Assembly: GCA_963978075.1 (NCBI GenBank)
Contig: CAXBRZ010000001.1
Coordinates: 1 to 31,955, forward strand
Direction of reading: 5' to 3'
Origin: an uncultured bacterium
GTDB lineage: Bacteria; Pseudomonadota; Gammaproteobacteria; Steroidobacterales; Steroidobacteraceae
DNA: 31,955 bases
Made by a program: the position numbers and the translations under genes
Notes under the pieces: generated by a model
The model's database searches: none
The model's input: the letters and a program-made list of their open reading frames with translations, nothing else
What the model was told of the DNA's origin: nothing
In this document: one piece after another, positions 16,262-25,180 of the stretch
Position numbering within the stretch: position 1 is the stretch's first letter
Layout of the letters: every line of letters begins with the position of its first letter

Positions 16262-19003
16262 TTGAAACTTAATACCAAGCTGACCTACGCGGTCATGGCG
16301 GCGCTCAGCGCCGGCACGGGCTCCGTAGCGGTCGCCGCGACGGCTGAAGAGAGCAAGGCCACCGGCCTTGAGATCGCGGACATCGTCGTCACCGCACAGC
16401 GGCGTTCGGAAAGCATCCAGAACGTGCCTATCACCATCCAGGCTCTGAGCAGCGAAACGCTCAGCCAGTTGTCGGTGACAACGTTTGACGACATGGTGAA
16501 GTACCTGCCGAACGTGCAGTTGTCGAGCAACGGCCCGGCGCAGGGCAACATCTTTATGCGCGGCCTCGCCCTCGGTTCGGCAGGCACGCAGTCCTCCGGC
16601 ACGATCGGCCTGTACCCGAACGTCGCTGTCTACCTTGACGAACAGTCGGGTCAGTTGCCGTCGCGTAACCTCGACGTCTACGCCGCCGACCTTGAGCGCG
16701 TCGAAGTTCTCGAGGGTCCGCAGGGTACCCTGTTCGGCGGTGGCGCCCAGGCCGGTGTGGTCCGCTACATCACCAACAAGCCGAAGCTGAACAAGTTCGA
16801 AGGCGCCTTCGACGCCAGCTACGGCACGACCGCCCACGGCGACCCGAACTCGGGCTTCACCGCGACCCTGAACCTGCCGATCATCAACGACAAGTTCGCC
16901 GTTCGAGCCGTGATGTACAACGAGACCCGCGGTGGCTACATCGACAACGTGGCTTCGACGTTCACCCGTCGCAACACCGACCTCGGCATCTACTACGCGA
17001 AGTACGCCGGTGGCGTGCCGCCGGATAGCGTGGTCATCAACAACAACTCCATCGTCAAGGACAACATCAACTCTGTGAAATACCAGGGTACGCGTGTGTC
17101 CGGCCTCTGGCAGTTCAACGATGACTGGAACCTGCTCGTGTCGCAGTCCTATCAGGACGTGCACGCGGACGGCGTGTTCTATCAGATGCCGAAGGGCTCG
17201 GAAAACCAGGCTCTTTCGCCCTACGAGGTCACCCTGTTCAACAACTCGTTCAACACGGACAAGTTCTCGAACACGGCCTGGACCCTGAACGGCAAGCTCG
17301 GTGCCCTGCACGCGGTCTACACCGGCGGCTACCTCGTCCGCAAGGTCGACCAGGTGCAGGACTACACGAACTACGCGCGTGGCGTGTACGCCGACTACTA
17401 CCAGTGCTATGGCCCGGGTTCGGGCGTGTACTCGGCGGCCGCCGGTTATGCGATCTACGGCACGGGTGACACGAACCTCACCTCGAAGTGCTTCTCGCCG
17501 AGCGCCACCTGGCGCGAAATCGAGAAGAACACGCACTTGACCCACGAGTTCCGCCTGTCTTCGCCAGATGACTGGCGCTTGCGGTTTGTGGCCGGTGCGT
17601 TCTACGAGAACCTGCGCATCTATGACCAGACCGACTGGTACTATAAGTCGATCCCCAACTGCCCAGCCGATGTTTCGACTTATAACGGTTATACGGGAAC
17701 GGGCGGTGGAACGGGTTGCTTGGGCAACATCGCTCCGGTTCCGGGCTCGACGGTCAACAACCCGAACACCCGCCCTGACAACGACGGCTTCTTCGAAGAC
17801 GTGCAGCGCGGCTACAAGCAGAAGGCGTACTTCGCGTCGGTCGACTACGATCTGATCCCGAAGACCCTGACCGCGACGTTCGGTGCGCGCCACTACGACT
17901 ACGAGGTCGACCAGAAGGGTACGGTCAACACGTCGTTCGGCTGCTTCGAGGCGCCGGCCCCGTGCTACCCCTACAGCACCAACATGGACGCGGAAAAGCT
18001 GAACAGCTCGTACAAGGGCACGAAATACCGCGCCAACCTGACCTGGCACATCACGCCGGATGCCATGGTCTACGCGACCTGGTCGCAGGGGTACCGTCCG
18101 GGCGGCTTCAACCGTAAGGGAGGTTTAAAACTCAAGGACGGGACCGACCTCTACACAGCGTCCAATGCCCCTAGACCGAGTCTGATCGGCACGCCTATCC
18201 CACAGTTGTCGCTACCGCTGACTTTTGCGCCTGACACGCTTGAGAACAAAGAAATCGGCTTCAAGACCGAATTCATGAACCACCGCGTGCAGGTCAACGG
18301 CTCCATCTACCAGGAAGACTGGAAGAACGTTCAGACGGGCATTTTCAACCCAGCCTCCGGACTCGGAAACCTAACTTTCGCACTCAATGGCGCGGACTAC
18401 CGTGTTAAGGGTGCCGAGTTGCAGGTAACCGCTCGCGTGACCCAAGGCCTCACTGTGACCGGATCGATGTCGTACAACGACGCGACGCAAGTGAACTCGC
18501 CGTGTCTGGTTGATAACATCGCGGCCAGCAAGAACTACGGCAAGTGCATCACCTATAAGGGCGGCGGCATCCTCGGAGACGCGACACCCATCACCAACGC
18601 TCTCGGAAGTCCGGGCACACCGACCGCATACTCACCGAAGGTCCAGTTCAGCGCCCACGCGCGCTATGACTGGTCGGTAGGTGAGTACGCCGCGTTCTGG
18701 CAGGTGGGTGTCGTTCATGTCGGTGACATGTACAACAACACCTACACCAGTCCAGACGTTAACGGTGACAACCCGGCCAATCTCCAGGCTGTCGCCACCA
18801 CGCTGCTGCGCTTCCACATGGCGGCGTACACGACGTACGACGCGGCGGTGGGCGTGGCCAAGGACAACTGGAACCTCCAGCTGTACGGCCAGAACCTGAC
18901 CGACGAGAATGCGTCGACCTTCACCTCGACCGCCCAGTTCATCAAAACGGAAGTACCGCTCCGTCCACGTGTGCTCGGCATTCGGGTTGGCATGAAGTTC
19001 TGA
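16262..19003 (+). CDS. TonB-dependent outer-membrane receptor
   Basis: Probable TTG start at 16262 after GAGGGG. Signal peptide, IVVTAQRRSE TonB-box region, plug motif DLERVEVLEGPQGTLFG, beta-barrel character and terminal Phe (GMKF). Confidence 0.93.
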   Translation: MKLNTKLTYAVMAALSAGTGSVAVAATAEESKATGLEIADIVVTAQRRSESIQNVPITIQALSSETLSQLSVTTFDDMVKYLPNVQLSSNGPAQGNIFMRGLALGSAGTQSSGTIGLYPNVAVYLDEQSGQLPSRNLDVYAADLERVEVLEGPQGTLFGGGAQAGVVRYITNKPKLNKFEGAFDASYGTTAHGDPNSGFTATLNLPIINDKFAVRAVMYNETRGGYIDNVASTFTRRNTDLGIYYAKYAGGVPPDSVVINNNSIVKDNINSVKYQGTRVSGLWQFNDDWNLLVSQSYQDVHADGVFYQMPKGSENQALSPYEVTLFNNSFNTDKFSNTAWTLNGKLGALHAVYTGGYLVRKVDQVQDYTNYARGVYADYYQCYGPGSGVYSAAAGYAIYGTGDTNLTSKCFSPSATWREIEKNTHLTHEFRLSSPDDWRLRFVAGAFYENLRIYDQTDWYYKSIPNCPADVSTYNGYTGTGGGTGCLGNIAPVPGSTVNNPNTRPDNDGFFEDVQRGYKQKAYFASVDYDLIPKTLTATFGARHYDYEVDQKGTVNTSFGCFEAPAPCYPYSTNMDAEKLNSSYKGTKYRANLTWHITPDAMVYATWSQGYRPGGFNRKGGLKLKDGTDLYTASNAPRPSLIGTPIPQLSLPLTFAPDTLENKEIGFKTEFMNHRVQVNGSIYQEDWKNVQTGIFNPASGLGNLTFALNGADYRVKGAELQVTARVTQGLTVTGSMSYNDATQVNSPCLVDNIAASKNYGKCITYKGGGILGDATPITNALGSPGTPTAYSPKVQFSAHARYDWSVGEYAAFWQVGVVHVGDMYNNTYTSPDVNGDNPANLQAVATTLLRFHMAAYTTYDAAVGVAKDNWNLQLYGQNLTDENASTFTSTAQFIKTEVPLRPRVLGIRVGMKF

Positions 19004-19022
19004 TCCTTCGGGGTCAGTAAAG

Positions 19023-19050
19023 CTGCAGCCGGCCTATGGCCGGCTTGCAG
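19023..19050 (+). other. Stem-loop immediately after the receptor stop
   Basis: CTGCA-GCCGGCC-TAT-GGCCGGC-T-TGCAG, a 12-bp stem with one bulge. Confidence 0.55.
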
Positions 19051-19059
19051 TAGAATCTG

Positions 19060-19088
19060 AGGCGGGCAGCAGTGCCCGCCTTTTTTTT
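19060..19088 (+). terminator. Rho-independent terminator
   Basis: GGCGGGCA-GCAG-TGCCCGCC followed by T8 (19081-19088). Confidence 0.85.
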
Positions 19089-19096
19089 GGTGCCGC

Positions 19097-21097
19097 ATGA
19101 CTGACACGACCGCCGCCGACGCCCCCTCCCCTGTGGAGCTGGAGATCCAGCGCATCCGCGGGCTCATGGAAAAAGGGCAGTTCGCCGAAGCCCTGCCTGC
19201 GGCAGAATCCCTCGCGGCCACCGTTCCCCAGAACCGCGACGTGCTGTACCTCGTTGCCGTCTGCCAACGCTATCTGCACCGCATTGCAGACGCGCTCACG
19301 ACCCTTGGGGAACTTGAAAAGTCCCACCCGCGCTTCAGCCTCCTGTACCAGGAACGGGGTCACTGTTACGTCGCGCAGCGCGACGCACCCAACGCCATCC
19401 ACGCGTACCAGCAGGCCGTGAACCGCAATCCCGCGCTCGTCTCCAGCTGGACAAAACTGGTCACGCTCTACCGCATGACCGGCCAGCAGGACAACGCACA
19501 GACGGCCGCGGCGCACATCGAGGTCACCTCGAAACTCGCCCCCGAAGTACTCACCGCCACCGGTCTCTTCGCAGATGGCGACCGGACGGCCGCAGAGCGG
19601 ATCATCCGCCCCTATCTCCTGCGCAAACCCGATGATGTCGAGGCGATGCGCCTGCTGGCCCGCATCGCCCTCGAACTCGATGTGCTGGATGACGCGGACC
19701 TGCTGCTGGCCAGCGTGGTTGAACTCGCCCCCGACTACCGCGCTGCGCGCTATGACTATGCACGCACCCTGCTGAAGCGTCACAAGCATGCGGCAGGCGT
19801 CGAGCAACTCGAAATCCTCCTGAAGGCGGAACCGGACAACCGGACTTACCGAACTTCCTACGCCACCGCCTGGGTCGGCATGGGCGACCATGAAAAAGCG
19901 CTGACGCTGTATCGGGATTTGCTGGTCGACGCACCGCGTGCGCCCGACATCCTGCTCTCCATCGCCCATACCCTGAAAACGCTCGGCCGGCAGCCGGAAG
20001 CGATCGACGCGTACCGAGAGGCTGCAGCCTCTCGACCTCATTTCGGTGATGCGTACTGGAGTCTTGCCAATCTCAAGACCTACCGTTTCACGCCCGACGA
20101 AATTGCCGCCATGCAGGCGAGCGAGGCGTCAGAGGAGATCCAGACGGATGACCGCCTGCACATGTGCTTCGCGCTCGGCAAGGGCTTCGAGGATCTCGGG
20201 GACTACGCCCGTTCCTTCGAATACTACGAGCGCGGCAATGCACTGAAGAAAAGCGACAGTCCGTACCGGGCTGAATTCGTCGAACAGAACACCACCGAAC
20301 AAAAAAATGTCTGCAGCGAGTCCTTCTTTGCAGCTCGGCGCGGCTGGGGCTGCCAGGACGCCGATCCGATCTTCATCGTAGGGCTGCCGCGGGCAGGTTC
20401 CACGTTGCTTGAACAGATTCTCGCCTCCCACTCGCAGGTGGAGGGGACGATGGAGCTGGCGGACATCGCCACCGCCGTGGTGGAACTCGAGGGGCACAAC
20501 AAGGACAACGTCCATCGCGTGTACCCCAAGGTACTCGAAACCCTCGAGGATGCCGATTTTCGCCGTCTGGGCGAGAAATACCTCGCGGACACTCGGGTCT
20601 ACCGCAGCGGCAAGGCGTTCTTCATCGACAAGATGCCGAACAACTTCCGGCACATCGGACTCATCCACCTGATGCTGCCCAATGCCAAGATCATCGACGC
20701 GCGCCGCGAACCGATGGCCTGCTGCTTCTCCAACTTCAAGCAGCTGTTTGCCTCGGGACAGGACTTCACCTATTCGATTGAGGACATCGCGCGCTATTAC
20801 CGGACGTACATCGAACTCATGGACCACTGGGAGAGCGTGCTCCCCGGGCGCGTCCTGCGGGTACAGCATGAGGACGTGGTCGACAACCTAGAAACCAACG
20901 TCCGGCGCATCCTCGATTTCTGCGGCCTGCCCTTTGAACCTGGCTGCGTCGAGTTCCACAAGACCAAGCGCAGCGTCCGGACGGCCAGCTCCGAACAGGT
21001 CCGCCAGCCGATTTTCCGCGATGGCCTCGATCAGTGGCGCAACTTCGAGCCCTGGCTTTCACCCCTCAAGTCGCACCTCGGAGAACTCGTTCCGTGA
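19097..21097 (+). CDS. Tetratricopeptide-repeat sulfotransferase-family protein
   Basis: About 400 aa of TPR-like helical repeats, then the PAPS 5'-PSB loop IFIVGLPRAGSTLLEQIL, DKMPNNF, the 3'-PB region IIDARREPMACCFS and TASSEQVRQPI. Confidence 0.9.
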   Translation: MTDTTAADAPSPVELEIQRIRGLMEKGQFAEALPAAESLAATVPQNRDVLYLVAVCQRYLHRIADALTTLGELEKSHPRFSLLYQERGHCYVAQRDAPNAIHAYQQAVNRNPALVSSWTKLVTLYRMTGQQDNAQTAAAHIEVTSKLAPEVLTATGLFADGDRTAAERIIRPYLLRKPDDVEAMRLLARIALELDVLDDADLLLASVVELAPDYRAARYDYARTLLKRHKHAAGVEQLEILLKAEPDNRTYRTSYATAWVGMGDHEKALTLYRDLLVDAPRAPDILLSIAHTLKTLGRQPEAIDAYREAAASRPHFGDAYWSLANLKTYRFTPDEIAAMQASEASEEIQTDDRLHMCFALGKGFEDLGDYARSFEYYERGNALKKSDSPYRAEFVEQNTTEQKNVCSESFFAARRGWGCQDADPIFIVGLPRAGSTLLEQILASHSQVEGTMELADIATAVVELEGHNKDNVHRVYPKVLETLEDADFRRLGEKYLADTRVYRSGKAFFIDKMPNNFRHIGLIHLMLPNAKIIDARREPMACCFSNFKQLFASGQDFTYSIEDIARYYRTYIELMDHWESVLPGRVLRVQHEDVVDNLETNVRRILDFCGLPFEPGCVEFHKTKRSVRTASSEQVRQPIFRDGLDQWRNFEPWLSPLKSHLGELVP

Positions 21098-22620
21098 GCG
21101 AGCGTCGGCCCGGACCGCGCCGACGCGACGAGGCCCGCGCCCGTCCATCGGCCCAGTTCGCGCCGTTGCCGGCGCTTCGTCCGGCAGGGCCACCGCTTGA
21201 GCTTCTGTCAGGAGAGCAGGTCGAGCGCATCCTCACGACCGCTTTTCGCATCCTTGAGGAACTGGGTCTTGAGATCCGAAGCCCCAAGGCACGCCAGCAC
21301 TTCCGGGCGGCAGGAGCGCTCGTCGACGAGGACACGGGTCTTGTGCGCATCGGCCGCGACATCGTGGAGGCGCAATTAGGTCACGCGCCCGCCGAATTCG
21401 TGCTGCATGCCCGCAATCCTGAGCGTCACCTTCACGTGGGTGGCAATGCGGTCAACTTCGGCCCGGTGCATGGCGCGCCCAATATCCGTGACGGGCGCGA
21501 CGGTCGCCGCTACGGCAACCTCGAAGCCTTTCGCACCATCCTGAAGCTGACGCATCGGCTCGGCGTGACACAGTGGCAGGGCGGCATCGTGGTCGAGCCG
21601 ACCGACCTGCCGGTCGCATTGCGCCATTTGGCGGCGTATCAGGCACATATCGAATGCTCGGACATCGTCTGGGCCGCGCGCGGGGTTGGCGGTACACAGG
21701 CAGAGGACGCGCTCGCCCTCTCGGCCATCGAGCACGGCTGTCGAGTCGAGGACCTCGCCTCACGCCCTACCCTGCTGACCGTCACCAACGTCAATTCACC
21801 GCGGCGCGTGGACGAGGAAATCCTCGACAACATCATGATCATGGCCGCCCATGGCCAATGCGTGGTCGTCACTCCGTTCACCCTGATGGGCGCCATGGCG
21901 CCCGTGACGCTGGCAGGCGCCCTGGCGCAGCAGACGGCAGAGGCGCTGGGCATCGTCGTGCTTTGCCAGCTTGTCCGGCCTGGCAGCCCCTGCGTACTCG
22001 GCGGGTTTACCTCGAACGTCGACCTCAAGTCCGGATCCCCTGCGTTCGGCACACCGGAGTATGTCCAAGGGGTCATCGCGAGCGCCCAGATTGGCCGTCG
22101 GCTTCGACTTCCCGTGCGTACGAGCGCGGTCAACGCCGCCCCCTGCGTGGACGCCCAATCGACCTACGAGACCGCCTTTGCCCTGCAGGCGGCGATCCTG
22201 TCGCACAGCCACCTCGTGAGCCATGCCGCCGGCTGGCTCGAGGGTGGTCTCTCGGCCAGTTACGAGAAGATCATCGTCGATGCGGAACTCATCCGTCACT
22301 GGGCAGGCATCCTGAACCCCATCGCCTGCACGGATGACGATCTGGGCTTTGACACCATTCGCGAGGTGCCGCCCGGCGGGCATCACTTCGGTACCGCGCA
22401 CACCTTGGCGCGCTACCAGACGGCTTTCTATCGGCCGCTCCTGTCGGACTGGTCGAGCTTCGAGGCATGGACCGAAGCGGGCAGTCAGGATGCCACCGCA
22501 CGTGCGACCCGCCTTTGGCCGAAACTCCTCGAGGACTACGTGGCGCCTCCCCTTGATCCTGCCGTGCGCGAAGCCATGCTGGACTACATCGCCCGCCGCA
22601 CGCTGGCCCTTTCCCCGTGA
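21094..22620 (+). CDS. MttB-family non-pyrrolysine methyltransferase 2
   Basis: GTG at 21094 overlaps the upstream TGA. Motifs LHARNPER, NVNSPRR, PFTLMGAMAPVTLAGALAQ, FTSNVDLKSGSPAFGTPE and HAAGWLEGGL. No in-frame TAG. Confidence 0.92.
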   Translation: MSERRPGPRRRDEARARPSAQFAPLPALRPAGPPLELLSGEQVERILTTAFRILEELGLEIRSPKARQHFRAAGALVDEDTGLVRIGRDIVEAQLGHAPAEFVLHARNPERHLHVGGNAVNFGPVHGAPNIRDGRDGRRYGNLEAFRTILKLTHRLGVTQWQGGIVVEPTDLPVALRHLAAYQAHIECSDIVWAARGVGGTQAEDALALSAIEHGCRVEDLASRPTLLTVTNVNSPRRVDEEILDNIMIMAAHGQCVVVTPFTLMGAMAPVTLAGALAQQTAEALGIVVLCQLVRPGSPCVLGGFTSNVDLKSGSPAFGTPEYVQGVIASAQIGRRLRLPVRTSAVNAAPCVDAQSTYETAFALQAAILSHSHLVSHAAGWLEGGLSASYEKIIVDAELIRHWAGILNPIACTDDDLGFDTIREVPPGGHHFGTAHTLARYQTAFYRPLLSDWSSFEAWTEAGSQDATARATRLWPKLLEDYVAPPLDPAVREAMLDYIARRTLALSP

Positions 22621-23432
22621 CCGGCTGGCTCGCCAACGCCCGCATGTACGCGGTCACCCCTGCGGTGGAACACGCGTGGCAGCAGGTGATCGCAAACGTG
22701 GCCCGCGAGGCGGAGGTGGAACTTCGATATGTCCCCTATCCCGCTCCCCAGCCCTTGGAGGACCTCTGGAACCGTCCGGATTTGGGCTGTGTGCTCATGT
22801 GCGGGTATCCGATCGCCCTGCGCCTTGCGCCCGTGGTGCCGATCGTGGCACCTGTTCCTTCGATGGAGTGGGCCGAGGGCCGGGCGGTCTACCGCTCGGA
22901 CCTCATCGTCCGTGCCGACGCGCCGTTCCGGACGCTCGAGGACACCTTCGGCCATCGTGCAGCCTGGACCGTCCGCCACTCGCACTCAGGATTCAATGCC
23001 TTCCGGCACCACCTGCTGAAATACCGCAGCGCACTGCGCACCCGGCTGTATCGGGAAATGGTGCCGGATATGGTCACCGCACGCGCCATTCTGGATGGCG
23101 TACGCGAGGGGCGGTTCGACGTCGGGCCACTGGATGCCTACTGGCATTGGCTGATTGCCCGGCACGCCCCCGAACTGACCTCAGGCATACGGGTACTTGA
23201 ATCGACCGCCGTGGCTCCGATGCCCGCCTTCGTCGCATCCGCCGGCGCGCCTGAGGACGCCGTTCTACGCCTCAAGTCAGCCTTTGCCGCCGCCGATCAG
23301 CAGCCCTGGTTCGGCCGGTACCAGGCGGATCTGGGTCTGAATGGTTTTGCGCCGGTCAGCCAGGCGGATTTCGCCGTCACGCTTGAGCGTGATGCGGCCG
23401 CCCACGCCGCGGACTATTCCACGCCGGCCTGA
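22617..23432 (+). CDS. PhnD/SsuA-type periplasmic-binding-fold protein without a signal peptide
   Basis: GTGA overlap with mttB2. Motifs DLWNRPDLGCVLMCGYP, YRSDLIVRAD, HSHSGFNA and DVGPLDAY. No N-terminal hydrophobic stretch. Confidence 0.75.
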   Translation: MTGWLANARMYAVTPAVEHAWQQVIANVAREAEVELRYVPYPAPQPLEDLWNRPDLGCVLMCGYPIALRLAPVVPIVAPVPSMEWAEGRAVYRSDLIVRADAPFRTLEDTFGHRAAWTVRHSHSGFNAFRHHLLKYRSALRTRLYREMVPDMVTARAILDGVREGRFDVGPLDAYWHWLIARHAPELTSGIRVLESTAVAPMPAFVASAGAPEDAVLRLKSAFAAADQQPWFGRYQADLGLNGFAPVSQADFAVTLERDAAAHAADYSTPA

Positions 23433-23435
23433 CAG

Positions 23436-24380
23436 TCAGCCTGGCGGAACACGCCCGGTGGGATGCACGGCGACGTCATGGCCGCGCAACAGATAACGGC
23501 GCGCCAAGGCGAAATAACTGCGGTAGTACAACCCGCCATTCAGGCGCAGCAGCTCGTCGCGCCGCTGCCGGTATCGCCTCTGATAGGCATACCACGGAAT
23601 GAGCGGTTCATCGTGATGCAGGACGTGCAGGTTGTTGTAGAGAAAGAGGGGCCCGAAGAACCAACTGCGCTCGACAATCGCAATCCGCTCATGCACGGCA
23701 GGGAATGCGCGGTGTTCGGCATAGGAGCGTACTGAACCGAGGCTCTTGCTGGGCCAGACGACTGCAAGCAGATAGATCCAGAACGGGATACCGCAGACAA
23801 CGGTCACCCAGTAGACGACCGGCAGGCACAGAAGCAGGTGAAAGGCCCATGCCCCACCCACGCCGGGCTCGCCGCGCCGGATCGCGCGCCATTCACCACG
23901 CCAGTACATGAGGATATGCATGGGCGCGCCGACCGTCACACGCCCCAAGAGGGTCTGGTCGAGGCGCCACAAAAGCCTCATGAACGGCGACATGCCCTCC
24001 CACTGTTCCGGCGTCAGGTAGTAGGACTCAGGATCGTCCAGCGGATCGGTCAGCCGTTCGTTGTTGTGATGCTTGAGATGCAGACGCTTGTAGCGCGCGT
24101 AGGGAATCCACAGCGAGATTGGAATCCTGCCAATCAGGTCGTTGATGGTCGCCCAGCGTGTCGGATGGCCATGCAGCACCTCATGCTGCAGGGAACCGTG
24201 CCATGCCGTCAGGATGGCCAGCAGCGGCAAAACCACGACCGCCGGCCAGACGCCATACACCGTTGTGAGACCGAGCCAACCGCCATAAATAAACGCAGCC
24301 AGCAACACCGTCGGCCATTCAATGACCGGAGCCCCCGCATAGCGGGCCCGCTCAGGCAGCAGAAAGGTGTTTCCCGTCAT
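23436..24380 (-). CDS. Membrane di-iron fatty acid desaturase-family protein
   Basis: His boxes HEVLH, HLKHH and HVLHH, plus EH in YAEHR. Several transmembrane stretches. Confidence 0.85.
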   Translation of the reverse strand: MTGNTFLLPERARYAGAPVIEWPTVLLAAFIYGGWLGLTTVYGVWPAVVVLPLLAILTAWHGSLQHEVLHGHPTRWATINDLIGRIPISLWIPYARYKRLHLKHHNNERLTDPLDDPESYYLTPEQWEGMSPFMRLLWRLDQTLLGRVTVGAPMHILMYWRGEWRAIRRGEPGVGGAWAFHLLLCLPVVYWVTVVCGIPFWIYLLAVVWPSKSLGSVRSYAEHRAFPAVHERIAIVERSWFFGPLFLYNNLHVLHHDEPLIPWYAYQRRYRQRRDELLRLNGGLYYRSYFALARRYLLRGHDVAVHPTGRVPPG

Positions 24381-24454
24381 CCCTCAACCCGAACAACCGT
24401 CACAGCATCCAGTCTAGCCGAAGCCGCGCACCGGCCGCAGAGGACAAACCGCAA

Positions 24455-25180
24455 TCATGTCCTCACACGAGGCTCAGGCCCCGCAAGCAGTCCGAGGGCG
24501 TCGTGCAGCAGCATCGCCATCAGTCCGGTCAGAAGCCCCCCCTGCAGCACGAAGGCGCTGTTGTCGGACAGGAGCCCTGCAATGATGACCTCGCCGAGGC
24601 CCTTGGCTGCGACCGTAGAGCCGAGTGTCGCCGTGCCCACGCTGATCACGACACATTGCCGCAACCCCTCGACGAGCCATGGCCGTGCCAGCGGCAATTC
24701 GATGCGCCACAATCGCTCGGCAGGACCCATGCCGACACCGTCGGCGGCCTCGAGCACGGCTGAGGGCAATTGGGTAAGGCCCGTCAGGGCGTTCTCGAAG
24801 ACCGGCAGCAGGCCGTAGGCCGTGAGCGCGATCAGCGCCGGGCGCATTCCGAATCCCACCAGAGGGACGGCGACCGCAAGCACGGCAACCGGCGGAAAAG
24901 TCTGACCTATCCCGACCAGCGAGCGAGACATCGGCAGGAAGGCGCGTCCCGCGCCCCGTGTCACCAGGACCGCCAGGACGATGGCAATCAGGGCACTGAG
25001 GGAGGTAGCAAAGAGCACGAGCCCAAGGTGCGCCAAGGTCAGCGTGAGGAGGTCCCCCTGGTCGTAGATGGCCGGAGCGCCAGCCGCAGCGAACGGCGCA
25101 AATACGAATGCGAAGGCCTCCGGCCGCAGCAGGAACGCCGCGAGCACGGCCAGAACGAGGCACCGAATCATCACCCTCAT
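24455..25180 (-). CDS. yehW: Osmoprotectant-type ABC permease (YehW-like)
   Basis: Start at ATG 25180 (ATGA overlap). GQTFPPVAVLAVAVP and the EAA motif EAADGVGMG. Confidence 0.85.
   Translation of the reverse strand: MRVMIRCLVLAVLAAFLLRPEAFAFVFAPFAAAGAPAIYDQGDLLTLTLAHLGLVLFATSLSALIAIVLAVLVTRGAGRAFLPMSRSLVGIGQTFPPVAVLAVAVPLVGFGMRPALIALTAYGLLPVFENALTGLTQLPSAVLEAADGVGMGPAERLWRIELPLARPWLVEGLRQCVVISVGTATLGSTVAAKGLGEVIIAGLLSDNSAFVLQGGLLTGLMAMLLHDALGLLAGPEPRVRT

Noticed and set aside
16211-18049. 612-aa minus-strand ORF; likewise 30..1010, 11044..12411, 14178..15293, 19034..20041 and 25108..26508
   Set aside because: Antisense shadows expected from strong codon bias, with V/R/G-rich non-protein-like composition.
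12495-22620. Pyrrolysine recoding in the MttB-family genes
   Set aside because: Both frames are open with no internal TAG, and no pyl genes are present.
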